Source: an uncultured virus (IMG/VR IMGVR_UViG_3300014004_000001)
Lineage: Duplodnaviria; Heunggongvirae; Uroviricota; Caudoviricetes
DNA length: 29,095 bases
Virus record (IMG/VR): IMGVR_UViG_3300014004_000001
Coordinates: 124,001 to 153,095 of that record
Reading direction: 5' to 3' (one strand)
This document shows, piece by piece, positions 1 to 8,502 of this stretch. The position numbers were made by a program, and so were the translations under genes. The notes beneath the pieces are model-generated. The model was given only the letters and a program-made list of their open reading frames with translations, searched no databases and had not been told where the DNA came from. Numbering within the stretch: the first letter of the stretch is position 1; the number at the start of each line of letters is the position of its first letter.

Positions 1-19
1 AACTTGCGGAGTAATATAA

Positions 20-169
20 ATGAAAAGTAAACAGAAACGTAAGATCTTTTCTCGTGCTTTAGCAAACGAGCTTAAGTCCAACACAAAGAAGACGAAACCG
101 AAACGTGAGACTTCTCCTGAACATTTACTGTTTGACGAACTGGATCACGGAGTAGAAGACGACGAATAA
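20..169 (+). CDS. small hypothetical protein (49 aa, basic N-terminus, acidic C-terminus)
   Basis: ATG at 20 after GGAG; MKSKQKRK...EDDE; TAA at 167-169; below ORF-track cutoff. Confidence 0.6.
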   Translation: MKSKQKRKIFSRALANELKSNTKKTKPKRETSPEHLLFDELDHGVEDDE

Positions 170-177
170 AGGAAAAC

Positions 178-681
178 ATGGCTAAAAAAGTAGTAGATGA
201 GTTTGACATGTTGGCTCTTGATGAAGGACTGAAGCTGACTGTTTACCCAGACACCTTGGGATACTGGACAGTCGGCATCGGACACCTTTTGACTAAAAAG
301 AAAGATAAGGCGGAAGCTATTCGTATTCTGGATGCTCTGGTTGGTCGCAAGACTAACGGAGTTATCACAGAGAAAGAAGCCCGTGCTATTTTTGCTGACG
401 ATGTTGAAAAGGCGAAAAAACAGATTAAAAATAGTTCCATTCTTGCCCCAATCTATGATAAGGTAAGTGAAACTCGTAAACTGGCAATCATCAATATGGT
501 GTTCCAGTTAGGGTTAACCGGAACGGAAGGCTTTAAAAATAGCTTGACTTTAATCAGTAATTCGTACTATACTCAAGCTGGTAAAAACATGAGAGCCAGT
601 AAATGGTACTCTCAAACGCCAAACCGTGCAGAACGAGTAATCAAGGTTCTAACATCTGGAACTCTTGATTCTTACAACTAA
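178..681 (+). CDS. endolysin, T4-type lysozyme (GH24)
   Basis: DEGLKLTVYPDTLGYWTVGIGH (E-x8-D-x5-T catalytic triad), NMVFQLG and SKWYSQTPNRAERVI match T4 lysozyme. Confidence 0.97.
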   Translation: MAKKVVDEFDMLALDEGLKLTVYPDTLGYWTVGIGHLLTKKKDKAEAIRILDALVGRKTNGVITEKEARAIFADDVEKAKKQIKNSSILAPIYDKVSETRKLAIINMVFQLGLTGTEGFKNSLTLISNSYYTQAGKNMRASKWYSQTPNRAERVIKVLTSGTLDSYN

Positions 682-683
682 CA

Positions 684-701
684 AAGGGGCGCAAGCCCCT
701 T
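684..701 (+). terminator. hairpin / possible intrinsic terminator
   Basis: AAGGGGC-GCAA-GCCCCTT after the lysozyme stop; short U-tract. Confidence 0.55.
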
Positions 702-718
702 CTATAAGGAGTGCTACT

Positions 719-1474
719 ATGGGAAAAACAGCTACCGCTAAATCACCGCGCCAGAAGTTAGCTTCTAATGCGAAAGTAGAAAGTCGTTATGCTGCAAAAG
801 CAGTTGGAAATGATGACTATCGTTTAGATGGGTTTTCACCAGAAGGAGATCAGCAGCAAATCGTTCAAAGTATGATCTGGAATGATCTTACAGTCGTAAA
901 TGCTCCAGCAGGTACAGGCAAGACTTCCGTGACTTTATGGAAAGCTTTGCAGATGCTTCGAGCAGGAGATTTCCGTAAGCTTCTTTTTATTAAAAACCCG
1001 ACCGAAGTGGGTGATGATCAGATTGGTTTCCTTTCTGGGGACAAGACTGATAAGCTGGCAGCGCACTACGAGTCCACCAAACGAATCTTCCAGCAGTTCA
1101 TGACTGCAAACAAACTGGAAAACGATATTGGTGCAGGGAAGATCGAACTCAACATCCCGAACTATTTGCTGGGTGCCACCCTGGACAATACGATCGTGAT
1201 TATTGATGAAGCACAGCTTATGTCTCCAGAAACATTAAAACTTCTGGTAGAGCGTGCAGGGATCAACACTCATGTTGTTGTTCTTGGAGATGTTCGTCAA
1301 ACCTACGCTATAAAAAAGCGTGCAAACGGTTTGAAAGATCTTCTTGACAAAGTTGCTCCTGAAGGTGAAGATGGTATTCGTGTCCCTCTGGTAGACTTTA
1401 TCGGTTATGTGCAGTTAACCACAGATGACAACAAACGCTCTCGTTTGTCTAAATTCATCACAGAAATTTATTAA
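719..1474 (+). CDS. phoH: PhoH-family ATPase
   Basis: Walker A APAGTGKT, IGFLSGD, LGATLDN, IIDEAQ, VVLGD..Q; start moved to ATG 719 after AAGGAG. Confidence 0.93.
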   Translation: MGKTATAKSPRQKLASNAKVESRYAAKAVGNDDYRLDGFSPEGDQQQIVQSMIWNDLTVVNAPAGTGKTSVTLWKALQMLRAGDFRKLLFIKNPTEVGDDQIGFLSGDKTDKLAAHYESTKRIFQQFMTANKLENDIGAGKIELNIPNYLLGATLDNTIVIIDEAQLMSPETLKLLVERAGINTHVVVLGDVRQTYAIKKRANGLKDLLDKVAPEGEDGIRVPLVDFIGYVQLTTDDNKRSRLSKFITEIY

Positions 1475-1512
1475 TAACAAAAAGCAAGGATGCTTTCTTA
1501 AAGGGAGGGTCG

Positions 1513-2010
1513 ATGGTACAGACAATTATAGATCGGACTGGTATTGATGAGTGTTACCAAACTGGGCTTGTGAAGCCTAATGAGTTCCGACAGATTTGCG
1601 TTAATCATATTGAGAAAGAAATTGCACTAACTTTAGAGAACCTTACCCTCCGAGACAAGCTGTCAATGTTTGTGGCTTGGTGTAAAGGTGAAGATTGGTT
1701 ATTGACCTATTTTCAAGAACTTTCTGATAGTCAAGAAGGCTTGTATGAATGTATAATAGGAATAGCTGGCTCCAATCCTGAACTTCTCCATTTGGAAGAA
1801 GAAGAAGCGAAGTTACTGTTCTTAAGCAATATGTTCAACCGTAAAGCGTTGCTTGTTCGCGAGTGTAGTGATCTTTTGAATCACCCACTGGCAATCACAA
1901 ACGAAATACTGGTTGACAAAGAGACACTACGTGCGATAGACTATCTGCGCAAGTATGTCAACGGCGGGAAAGCAGTTCTTAAAACATTAACAGAGGAGGA
2001 AGCAGAATGA
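1513..2010 (+). CDS. hypothetical protein
   Basis: 165 aa ORF, GGGAGG RBS, coupled to next gene. Confidence 0.8.
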   Translation: MVQTIIDRTGIDECYQTGLVKPNEFRQICVNHIEKEIALTLENLTLRDKLSMFVAWCKGEDWLLTYFQELSDSQEGLYECIIGIAGSNPELLHLEEEEAKLLFLSNMFNRKALLVRECSDLLNHPLAITNEILVDKETLRAIDYLRKYVNGGKAVLKTLTEEEAE

Positions 2011-2696
2011 CTACAATTATCGCAACCAAAAACAAGATCCTTAGTGACGGCAAAGTAACTTTCGGTGGTCGTGTAGACTCAACCAGTTTCAAGAAAGTTC
2101 GTAAGATCGGGGATTATCTCGTAGGTGGTGCAGGGCGTTTGACTTCGGTTTTAGCTTTCTTCCAATGGTTCGAACAGAATCTACAATGTGAAGCGGCTCG
2201 TGAAGCAGTACCTGGTTTGATGATTAGCTCCAACCCTGATCGTGAAGATGAAGAGTTCATTGCTCTCGTTGTTCACCCTGACGGACGTATTTTCCTGCAT
2301 GAAGGTAATGATCCTACTCGTGCATATCCAATCGATGAAGAATACTATGCAGTTGGTAGTGGTTCCGATTTCGCTCTGGCAGCGTTGGATGGTGGTGCTT
2401 CTCCAGAAGCCGCTATGGAAGTTGCCAAGAAGCGTGACGCATACTCTGGTGGCGAAACCTTCATTGAAGAATTAGATGAGATCATTGAACTGACTGACGA
2501 AGATCTCGAAAACTTCACCAAAGAAGAACTGATCAACTTACTGAAGTTTGGTGATCCTGCTGGTGAAGAAACTCCTCGTGACGTGGCAGGTGACGAGACG
2601 GAAGAAGAAAAGGTTGCTGTAGAAAAAGACTTGACTTCTAAACCGGAAAATATTAATCTCGTAGACGTAGCGGATTTCGAAAATCCCGCTTCTTAA
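2007..2696 (+). CDS. HslV/proteasome-beta-like Ntn hydrolase with acidic C-terminal tail
   Basis: N-terminal M-T-T-I-I-A, SDG, KKV, GGAG, AVGSGSDFALAAL, DAYSGG. Confidence 0.85.
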   Translation: MTTIIATKNKILSDGKVTFGGRVDSTSFKKVRKIGDYLVGGAGRLTSVLAFFQWFEQNLQCEAAREAVPGLMISSNPDREDEEFIALVVHPDGRIFLHEGNDPTRAYPIDEEYYAVGSGSDFALAALDGGASPEAAMEVAKKRDAYSGGETFIEELDEIIELTDEDLENFTKEELINLLKFGDPAGEETPRDVAGDETEEEKVAVEKDLTSKPENINLVDVADFENPAS

Positions 2697-2702
2697 TAAA
2701 AC

Positions 2703-2722
2703 TGCCCCTTCGGGGGCATTTC
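2703..2722 (+). terminator. intrinsic terminator
   Basis: TGCCCC-TTCG-GGGGCA followed by TTTCTT. Confidence 0.75.
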
Positions 2723-2741
2723 TTACGCAGAGGAGATTATT

Positions 2742-3179
2742 ATGTTGAACGTTCCTGTTAAATTCGTCGATAGCTGTGTTAATGCTTACCAACAAACTTG
2801 TAAACGTGCCTCAAACTGTTTGCAGTCTTTGATTCAAACGCGGTACGTGATCCAAAAGAAAAGAAAGTGGTTTGGTAAGGATTCTTATAGTGTTAATGCG
2901 TTCGGGGAGTATCAACTCCAGTATGACGATAACATGCAACACATCTTAGAGTTTTTACTGATAAAAGATAAAATCTCCCCTGCGGATTACCAGTTACTTA
3001 AATTCTACGATCAGAGTTTGTCTATTGAGGAAGTTATTCAAGATATCCTTTCTCGTAAGACAGATAAGAACACTGTTGGTATTACAAACTTAGAGATGCA
3101 ATTGCTCAATGAGATCTTTTTGTTTGTGGAAGATGAGTCTGTAACTAAGGAGGAGCTTTTAAATGGCTTTAAGCTATGA
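2742..3179 (+). CDS. hypothetical protein
   Basis: 145 aa, GAGGAG RBS. Confidence 0.8.
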   Translation: MLNVPVKFVDSCVNAYQQTCKRASNCLQSLIQTRYVIQKKRKWFGKDSYSVNAFGEYQLQYDDNMQHILEFLLIKDKISPADYQLLKFYDQSLSIEEVIQDILSRKTDKNTVGITNLEMQLLNEIFLFVEDESVTKEELLNGFKL

Positions 3180-3672
3180 TCGTCCAGAGTCCGATTACTA
3201 TCCGACTCCGCAAAAAGCGATTAACTCGTTATTTAGCATTATTGATTTTAAAAATTTGAAAGAGGAAGGATTTACATTTGCAGAACCGTGTAAAGGACAA
3301 GCAGCGGCTATTTACCGTCACTTTCCTGAAGGTTCTCAGTATTGTGAGCTTGAAGAAGGTAAAGATTATTTTAGTCACGTATGGGAAAATCGTCCCGACA
3401 TTATAATCACGAACCCTCCATTCAAGCTGGCATTAGAGTTCTTGGAAAAGAGCTTGAAAGAAGCAGACGTGTCAGTCTACCTGCTTCGCCTGGGATTCCT
3501 TGAGTCAAAGAAACGTCGAGCGTTTCATCAAGAAAACCCACCTACGAATTTGATTGTACTCTCCGAACGTCCTTCGTTCGTAGCAGGTGGAACAGATAAG
3601 ACAGCGTATGCTTGGTACGTATACGATCCAAAACAAATTTTGGGTCTAACTCAACCATTTTATTTCGTTTAA
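3163..3672 (+). CDS. small amino-(N6A/N4C) DNA methyltransferase
   Basis: DYYPTP, EPCKG (motif I variant), IITNPPF (motif IV), LLRLGFLES, YAWYV. Confidence 0.8.
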   Translation: MALSYDRPESDYYPTPQKAINSLFSIIDFKNLKEEGFTFAEPCKGQAAAIYRHFPEGSQYCELEEGKDYFSHVWENRPDIIITNPPFKLALEFLEKSLKEADVSVYLLRLGFLESKKRRAFHQENPPTNLIVLSERPSFVAGGTDKTAYAWYVYDPKQILGLTQPFYFV

Positions 3673-3682
3673 GGAGCACACT

Positions 3683-3919
3683 ATGGCTAAATTTACTATG
3701 ACCGTTTCTATTGATTTTGATGATGAGGACGGAGGCATTAACTTAGGTATTGCTCAGAGCCTGGAAGGTGATTTGAACCCTACAGAAGCAGCTATGGCGG
3801 TATTCTTTAAAGATGCCATAACAGCTACAGCAACGCATTCTGCAAATCAAACTGTAGATTACGGTAGCATGGTTCAAGCCTTGGTTGATGCTCAAAACGG
3901 TGAAGATTGGGATGATTAA
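3683..3919 (+). CDS. hypothetical acidic protein
   Basis: AAGGAG RBS, 78 aa. Confidence 0.75.
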   Translation: MAKFTMTVSIDFDDEDGGINLGIAQSLEGDLNPTEAAMAVFFKDAITATATHSANQTVDYGSMVQALVDAQNGEDWDD

Positions 3920-4122
3920 TGGCTTATAATTATTATTGCGTTTACGCAAACGAAGCAAAGAAAGGCGATACTGGCACTAATGTCTATGCAGAATCAGAAA
4001 CACATGCAAAAGAAATTGGTGCGATCCTTTTGTCACGTTGGACAGGTGGTAACTATTCTGCTGCGGATCTGTTCGCAGAGATGGATGATACGATCCAAGA
4101 AGACACTATCACCACAACCTGA
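3919..4122 (+). CDS. hypothetical protein
   Basis: TAATG coupling, 67 aa. Confidence 0.7.
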   Translation: MAYNYYCVYANEAKKGDTGTNVYAESETHAKEIGAILLSRWTGGNYSAADLFAEMDDTIQEDTITTT

Positions 4123-4141
4123 TATTGCTTGAAGTAGTTCG

Positions 4142-4174
4142 TACTCTCCTTGTTTCGGCAAGGAGGGTATTTTT
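4142..4174 (+). terminator. intrinsic terminator
   Basis: TACTCTCCTTG-TTTCGG-CAAGGAGGGTA-TTTTT. Confidence 0.75.
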
Positions 4175-4186
4175 AAGGAGGAAGCT

Positions 4187-4378
4187 ATGCAAGAGAATGA
4201 AGAGATAGTTGTTAAAAAGTTCCCGACACGTACACAGGCAGTCAATTTTGCTTCTGATTTGCTTTTGGATGTGGAAGGAGTTCTCATTAGGCATGAAGGG
4301 GATTCCTGGAATGTCTCTTATAATGTAAACAGATCAATTATCTATTTAGGAGAAGAGAACTTCTCTCGTATAGAGTGA
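4187..4378 (+). CDS. hypothetical protein
   Basis: AAGGAGG RBS, 63 aa. Confidence 0.75.
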   Translation: MQENEEIVVKKFPTRTQAVNFASDLLLDVEGVLIRHEGDSWNVSYNVNRSIIYLGEENFSRIE

Positions 4379-4392
4379 TCGAAGGAGTAGTT

Positions 4393-4965
4393 ATGCGTTC
4401 TACTTACACAGGTAAGATTAATTCTGGTATCATTTTAGCAGTAGCAGGAATCATCAGCAAAACTTTCAAAGTGGCAAACCTACCAGAGTGTGTAGATTTT
4501 GACCATGTATTCAATCCAGTAAATCCTTCTCGTTGTGTTGTTCGTAGCAACGTTGAGAATCCAAACGAGAACTTGTTTTATGTAACAGCACCTTCACAAA
4601 GTATTCTAAACCAAGTGGAGGCTAAAATTATTACCGAAGGTAGTTATTTCTCATTGCTACCTTGTAAATCGGTGGAGATTGAAGACAGTATCACCTTCGC
4701 AAATAACTTGGTCTTGACCATGTTCATGGTTTCTGATAAAGACTGTGGAGACGATATGGTTTTAGCTGTAAGGAATGTTTACGACACATTGGGTATTGCT
4801 TATAGCTGTAAGTTGTGCGATGATTATAAATCTTGTTCAGACTTTTACATAAATGGTGTTCGGGTATGCCGTGTTGAATCCTACTGGGTGCAAGACACAT
4901 ACGTAACAGTAGCGAACGTGATCAATGAACCTATGTTCAGCCACGCTTTAGCGTTAATCATTTGA
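4393..4965 (+). CDS. hypothetical protein, possibly a degenerate class II aaRS-like fold
   Basis: ATG 4393 after AAGGAG; SQSIL..GSYFSLLPC and DFYING..EPMFSHA resemble phage aaRS-like proteins (weak). Confidence 0.6.
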   Translation: MRSTYTGKINSGIILAVAGIISKTFKVANLPECVDFDHVFNPVNPSRCVVRSNVENPNENLFYVTAPSQSILNQVEAKIITEGSYFSLLPCKSVEIEDSITFANNLVLTMFMVSDKDCGDDMVLAVRNVYDTLGIAYSCKLCDDYKSCSDFYINGVRVCRVESYWVQDTYVTVANVINEPMFSHALALII

Positions 4966-4975
4966 GGAGGAAGGA

Positions 4976-5305
4976 ATGGAAATTACTACAGAACAGGCTC
5001 TTATCGACGAAGGGCGTAAAATCTTAGAGAAGCATTTGGGAGATATACATCAAACCCCTGGCTACTTAGGGTGGCGCATGGTTGAAGCTGTAGATTTCCT
5101 TCCTCGTACAAAACAAGACGTTGAAATGCGTTCTCTGTTCTTGCTTGTCAAAGTAGACGGGGATACGCCTTTCAAACTCGCAGCTTCACACATTGAGAAG
5201 GTGGAGGAGAAAGCTTATTCAGAGTTTGCCGAACTCGTATTACAGGAGGATCTCGAAGGGAAGGTAAACATTTTTATTTTTCTGGATTTTGAGGAGGAGA
5301 TATGA
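4976..5305 (+). CDS. hypothetical protein
   Basis: GAGGAGG RBS, 109 aa. Confidence 0.8.
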   Translation: MEITTEQALIDEGRKILEKHLGDIHQTPGYLGWRMVEAVDFLPRTKQDVEMRSLFLLVKVDGDTPFKLAASHIEKVEEKAYSEFAELVLQEDLEGKVNIFIFLDFEEEI

Positions 5306-6039
5306 TTTTATATAAAGAGATTACCGTGGAGCAGGATCAAGACCTCTTCATCATCGGGGACTTACATGGTTGCTACGATCTTTACTTGAAAGGTAAGAAT
5401 TATCTTGGTATCCGAGATACAGATGTGGTTGTGTCTCTCGGAGATTTGACAGATCGGGGTAAACAAAACTTCAAATGTGTTGTGGAATTTACACGCAAAG
5501 AGAATCGTTATGCGCTTTGTGGTAATCACGAAGATATGATGATTAAAGGCTTACTGGAAGGAGATCGTCGTTACTACGAATGTTGGTATCAGAACGGTGG
5601 TCATACAGTGTTAGCAGAATGTGATGAAGAAGGCTCTACTCTGCTTGCTACGATGGTTGAGGACAACCCTGTGATTTTGGTTGTGAACTATCGAGGTATG
5701 AAGTTAGGGTTTATTCATGGTGGATATCCTTCCTCTTTTGAATATCTTCCCCTGACAGACATACCACACCTACGTATGAGCAAAGCAAAAGAAGCTACTT
5801 TCGCTGAAGCTTTGATGTGGGATCGTGATATGGTGGAGTGTGCCAAAGAAGGCATGAAACTTCCGGTTGTTATGGGTGTTGATTATGTGTTTCACGGGCA
5901 CTCTTATGTGAAAGAACCTTTGATCAATGCTAATCGTGTTTATATGGACACTGGGTCTGTTTTCAATAACAACTTAACGTTTGCCTATTTTGATGCAGAC
6001 GGTGGACTTCAGTTTTATTCAACTTTACAGGAGGATTAA
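5302..6039 (+). CDS. Ser/Thr protein phosphatase (lambda NinI/PrpA-like metallophosphoesterase)
   Basis: GDLHG, GDLTDRG, GNHE, W..NGG, HGG, LMWDR, HGH, DTG motifs. Confidence 0.93.
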   Translation: MILYKEITVEQDQDLFIIGDLHGCYDLYLKGKNYLGIRDTDVVVSLGDLTDRGKQNFKCVVEFTRKENRYALCGNHEDMMIKGLLEGDRRYYECWYQNGGHTVLAECDEEGSTLLATMVEDNPVILVVNYRGMKLGFIHGGYPSSFEYLPLTDIPHLRMSKAKEATFAEALMWDRDMVECAKEGMKLPVVMGVDYVFHGHSYVKEPLINANRVYMDTGSVFNNNLTFAYFDADGGLQFYSTLQED

Positions 6040-6332
6040 TGTATAAAATTACAATCGTAGAATCGGTGGGTGAGATTCGTAAAGAAATTATTCTGGAGAC
6101 GGAAGATCTGGAACTGGTACGTGAAATCATAATTGGTAAGGATGTAGACAAAGTGGAGTCGGACGCACCCAACCTGATGATCGATGACCAATATGCAGAA
6201 TTTCGTCGTATTTTTGAGGAGGAAAGGAAGAAGTGGGGCAAAGAACCAAACGTTTTTCGTCCTTATGATCCATATCCTTCTGGTGATCCGTGGATCATGA
6301 CTAACAGAAACCCGTTTGAAATAACCTGTTGA
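6039..6332 (+). CDS. hypothetical protein
   Basis: TAATG coupling with GGAGG, 97 aa. Confidence 0.75.
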   Translation: MYKITIVESVGEIRKEIILETEDLELVREIIIGKDVDKVESDAPNLMIDDQYAEFRRIFEEERKKWGKEPNVFRPYDPYPSGDPWIMTNRNPFEITC

Positions 6333-6340
6333 GGTGGCCT

Positions 6341-6919
6341 ATGAGCAACCTATTTTACACAGGTGTGGGAAGTCGAGAGATAACCCACGAAGAATGGGAT
6401 TTAATGGTCGCTGTAGCAAAGTGGTTGGCTAACTGTGGTTTTACTTTACGTTCAGGTAATGCAAACGGTAGTGACTCTGCTTTCGAAACTGGTGTAGAAG
6501 AATCTAAAAACAAAACTCTCAAGGAGATTTATATCCCTTGGGAGAAGTTTAAAGGCAATGATATCCCAGGTGAGAAAATAGTGCTTGCTAATCCTGACAG
6601 TATGAACTATGCTATCAGTCTCCAGTGGATAAAGGAAATCCATCCAGCATTTGATAAACTTAAACAAGGTGCACGTAAATTGCATCAACGTAACGTTCAT
6701 CAGGTGTTGGGACAAGATCTGGAACATCCTGTGCCTTCCTTATTCTTATTGGCATGTTCCAAAGAGGATAAGAAGGGAGATGTTATGGGTGGAACACGGA
6801 CGGCGTGGCTCATCGCTAAAGCTAATAACGTTCCATGTTTTAACTTACGTGGTAAAACAAAGGAAGAACTTTATGCTTTTCTTAAACCGTTGGTCAAGGG
6901 GGCAATCAGTGGCAATTAA
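6341..6919 (+). CDS. SLOG-superfamily (DprA/Smf-like) nucleotide-binding protein
   Basis: YTGVGSRE, LRSGNANGSDSAFE, GGTRTAWLIA, VPCFNL; ATG 6341 after GAGGT. Confidence 0.8.
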   Translation: MSNLFYTGVGSREITHEEWDLMVAVAKWLANCGFTLRSGNANGSDSAFETGVEESKNKTLKEIYIPWEKFKGNDIPGEKIVLANPDSMNYAISLQWIKEIHPAFDKLKQGARKLHQRNVHQVLGQDLEHPVPSLFLLACSKEDKKGDVMGGTRTAWLIAKANNVPCFNLRGKTKEELYAFLKPLVKGAISGN

Positions 6920-7433
6920 GTTAGATCGTGCAAACGTAGGTAATCGCTTTAACCTTAGCCGTATAAACGAGGACACAGATGTTACAGCAGATATTGAAAA
7001 AATCATGCAGGGTATTGTCCATCACGGTTTGCGTTTTGCCAGAGATTTGGTAATCTTTCGTTATGACGGAGAAGATGATCGTTCAAAGAATGATGGGATT
7101 ATCTTCGTAGATAAAGATTTAACCCAAGCAGATATTGAGCAGATCAACCGTTATTTTATTGGTGTAGGGGATCTTCAAGACACGCAGCTTGCACGTCTGG
7201 CAGAAATTCTGGCGAATAAATTGTTGCAAGATATTGGAAAAGTTCTTGACAAAAATCCAAAACATGTTATAGTGACTGTCCACAAAATGAGTTTTATTAA
7301 GTATCTTAACAAACCTGGTAAACTGGGTTATGGGTGGATACGCACAAGTGGACCACAAACCACTCTCGAAACCGAGATGTGCTATACAATTGAAGAAGTA
7401 AAACGTGAGGAGGGAGAGAATGGCGGAATTTAA
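6909..7433 (+). CDS. hypothetical protein
   Basis: GTG 6909 after AAGGGGG, in frame with track ORF 6651..7433. Confidence 0.7.
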   Translation: MAIKLDRANVGNRFNLSRINEDTDVTADIEKIMQGIVHHGLRFARDLVIFRYDGEDDRSKNDGIIFVDKDLTQADIEQINRYFIGVGDLQDTQLARLAEILANKLLQDIGKVLDKNPKHVIVTVHKMSFIKYLNKPGKLGYGWIRTSGPQTTLETEMCYTIEEVKREEGENGGI

Positions 7434-7710
7434 TGAAGTGAAAAGTTACGAAAGCAACTTCGTAAGCAATTGGGAAGCATGGGATGAGATGGGTGTTGGT
7501 GAACTCTATTTCTACAATGTAACCCTTCGTCCAGAATATCAACATCTCATTCCAGAAGGCACTGTGCAGATCGGTATGTTCATGTCTTCTCAAGACGGTG
7601 TTGTGCAGTTTGAGTTTTACTCTGACACAGAACAGAACGAATTCACTTATCGTGCATTCAATATCGTATTAGCTTTAGGAGAGGAGAAATTTTATGACGA
7701 CGAAGTATAA
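7420..7710 (+). CDS. hypothetical acidic protein
   Basis: ATG 7420 after GAGGGAGAG. Confidence 0.75.
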   Translation: MAEFNEVKSYESNFVSNWEAWDEMGVGELYFYNVTLRPEYQHLIPEGTVQIGMFMSSQDGVVQFEFYSDTEQNEFTYRAFNIVLALGEEKFYDDEV

Positions 7711-7891
7711 AACAGTAGCAGAAGCACTGAAAGCAGCACACGAAGCCATTGCAGAAGCTGAACAATTGGCTGATGAAACTGGCACAAGTTTTCACTTCTC
7801 AGTTGAATATGGGATGGGTGGTACTTATGACCCAGAAGATGAGAACGAATACACTGGGACCAACTGGCACCCATCTTCCCTCGGTTGTTAA
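7694..7891 (+). CDS. acidic mini-protein 1, C-terminus WHPSSLGC
   Basis: GAGGAG RBS; shares YGxG and terminal W..SS..C with next two ORFs. Confidence 0.8.
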   Translation: MTTKYKTVAEALKAAHEAIAEAEQLADETGTSFHFSVEYGMGGTYDPEDENEYTGTNWHPSSLGC

Positions 7892-7905
7892 TAAGGAGAA
7901 ATAAA

Positions 7906-8124
7906 ATGAGTGATCGTAATGCACAAGAATTAGCAGACAAAGCAAAAGAAATCATGAAGCTGGTGGATGCACTGGCAGCAGAAGCTGAACAGTTTGGTTT
8001 CGGAGTAAGCTTAGAAAATGATGCAATCTCTTTTGAAGACTGGCAGTCTTCCGCTTGTTATGGCGAAGGAGATGACGGTTTCACCGTTAATTCTGACGGT
8101 GTTTGGTATAGCAGCAGTTGTTAA
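7906..8124 (+). CDS. acidic mini-protein 2, C-terminus WYSSSC plus internal WQSSAC
   Basis: ATG 7906 after AAGGAG. Confidence 0.8.
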   Translation: MSDRNAQELADKAKEIMKLVDALAAEAEQFGFGVSLENDAISFEDWQSSACYGEGDDGFTVNSDGVWYSSSC

Positions 8125-8133
8125 GGAGGGATC

Positions 8134-8403
8134 ATGTCAGAAGGTATCGCCTTAATCAAGGCAAAAGTTAAAGAGATGGAAGAATCACAACAGAAGTTCC
8201 GCAACGAGATTGAAGAACTTTGTGAGCAGTTCCAAGAACAAGCGTGGATCGGTGATTACGGGAATGGGGAAACTTATTACCCAACAGGAACAAACGCAGA
8301 AGAACATTACCTCACCTATATCTGCGGAGACTATGATGTTGAGATTGACGAAAACGGTCTGATGACCCAAGGTCTTTGGGTGTCTTCCTCGGAAATGTGC
8401 TAA
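8134..8403 (+). CDS. acidic mini-protein 3, C-terminus WVSSSEMC
   Basis: AAGGAGG RBS; YGNGETY. Confidence 0.8.
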   Translation: MSEGIALIKAKVKEMEESQQKFRNEIEELCEQFQEQAWIGDYGNGETYYPTGTNAEEHYLTYICGDYDVEIDENGLMTQGLWVSSSEMC

Positions 8404-8411
8404 TAAATAAT

Positions 8412-8433
8412 AACCCGCTTCGGCGGGTTTTTT
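8412..8433 (+). terminator. intrinsic terminator
   Basis: AACCCGC-TTCG-GCGGGTT-TTTT. Confidence 0.9.
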
Positions 8434-8445
8434 ATTGTGTGAGTG

Positions 8446-8474
8446 TTGACAAGACCCGAAGAACCTGGTAGACT
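8446..8474 (+). promoter_or_regulatory. sigma70-type promoter
   Basis: TTGACA-N17-TAGACT, then N5-CATC and GAGGAGG RBS. Confidence 0.8.
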
Positions 8475-8502
8475 TGTCTCATCAACTAAGAGAGGAGGAT
8501 AT

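Noticed and set aside
178..720. Holin/spanin lysis cassette beside the lysozyme
   Set aside because: No TM-containing ORF adjacent within the window
6651..6908. N-terminal extension making a 260-aa ORF overlapping the SLOG gene
   Set aside because: An RBS-supported GTG at 6909 explains the gene; the extension is an alternative frame of the upstream gene
7694..8403. Mini-proteins as precursors of a known RiPP class (e.g. radical-SAM triceptides or darobactin)
   Set aside because: No radical SAM, YcaO, LanM, precursor peptidase or transporter nearby; retained only as an unknown-motif finding
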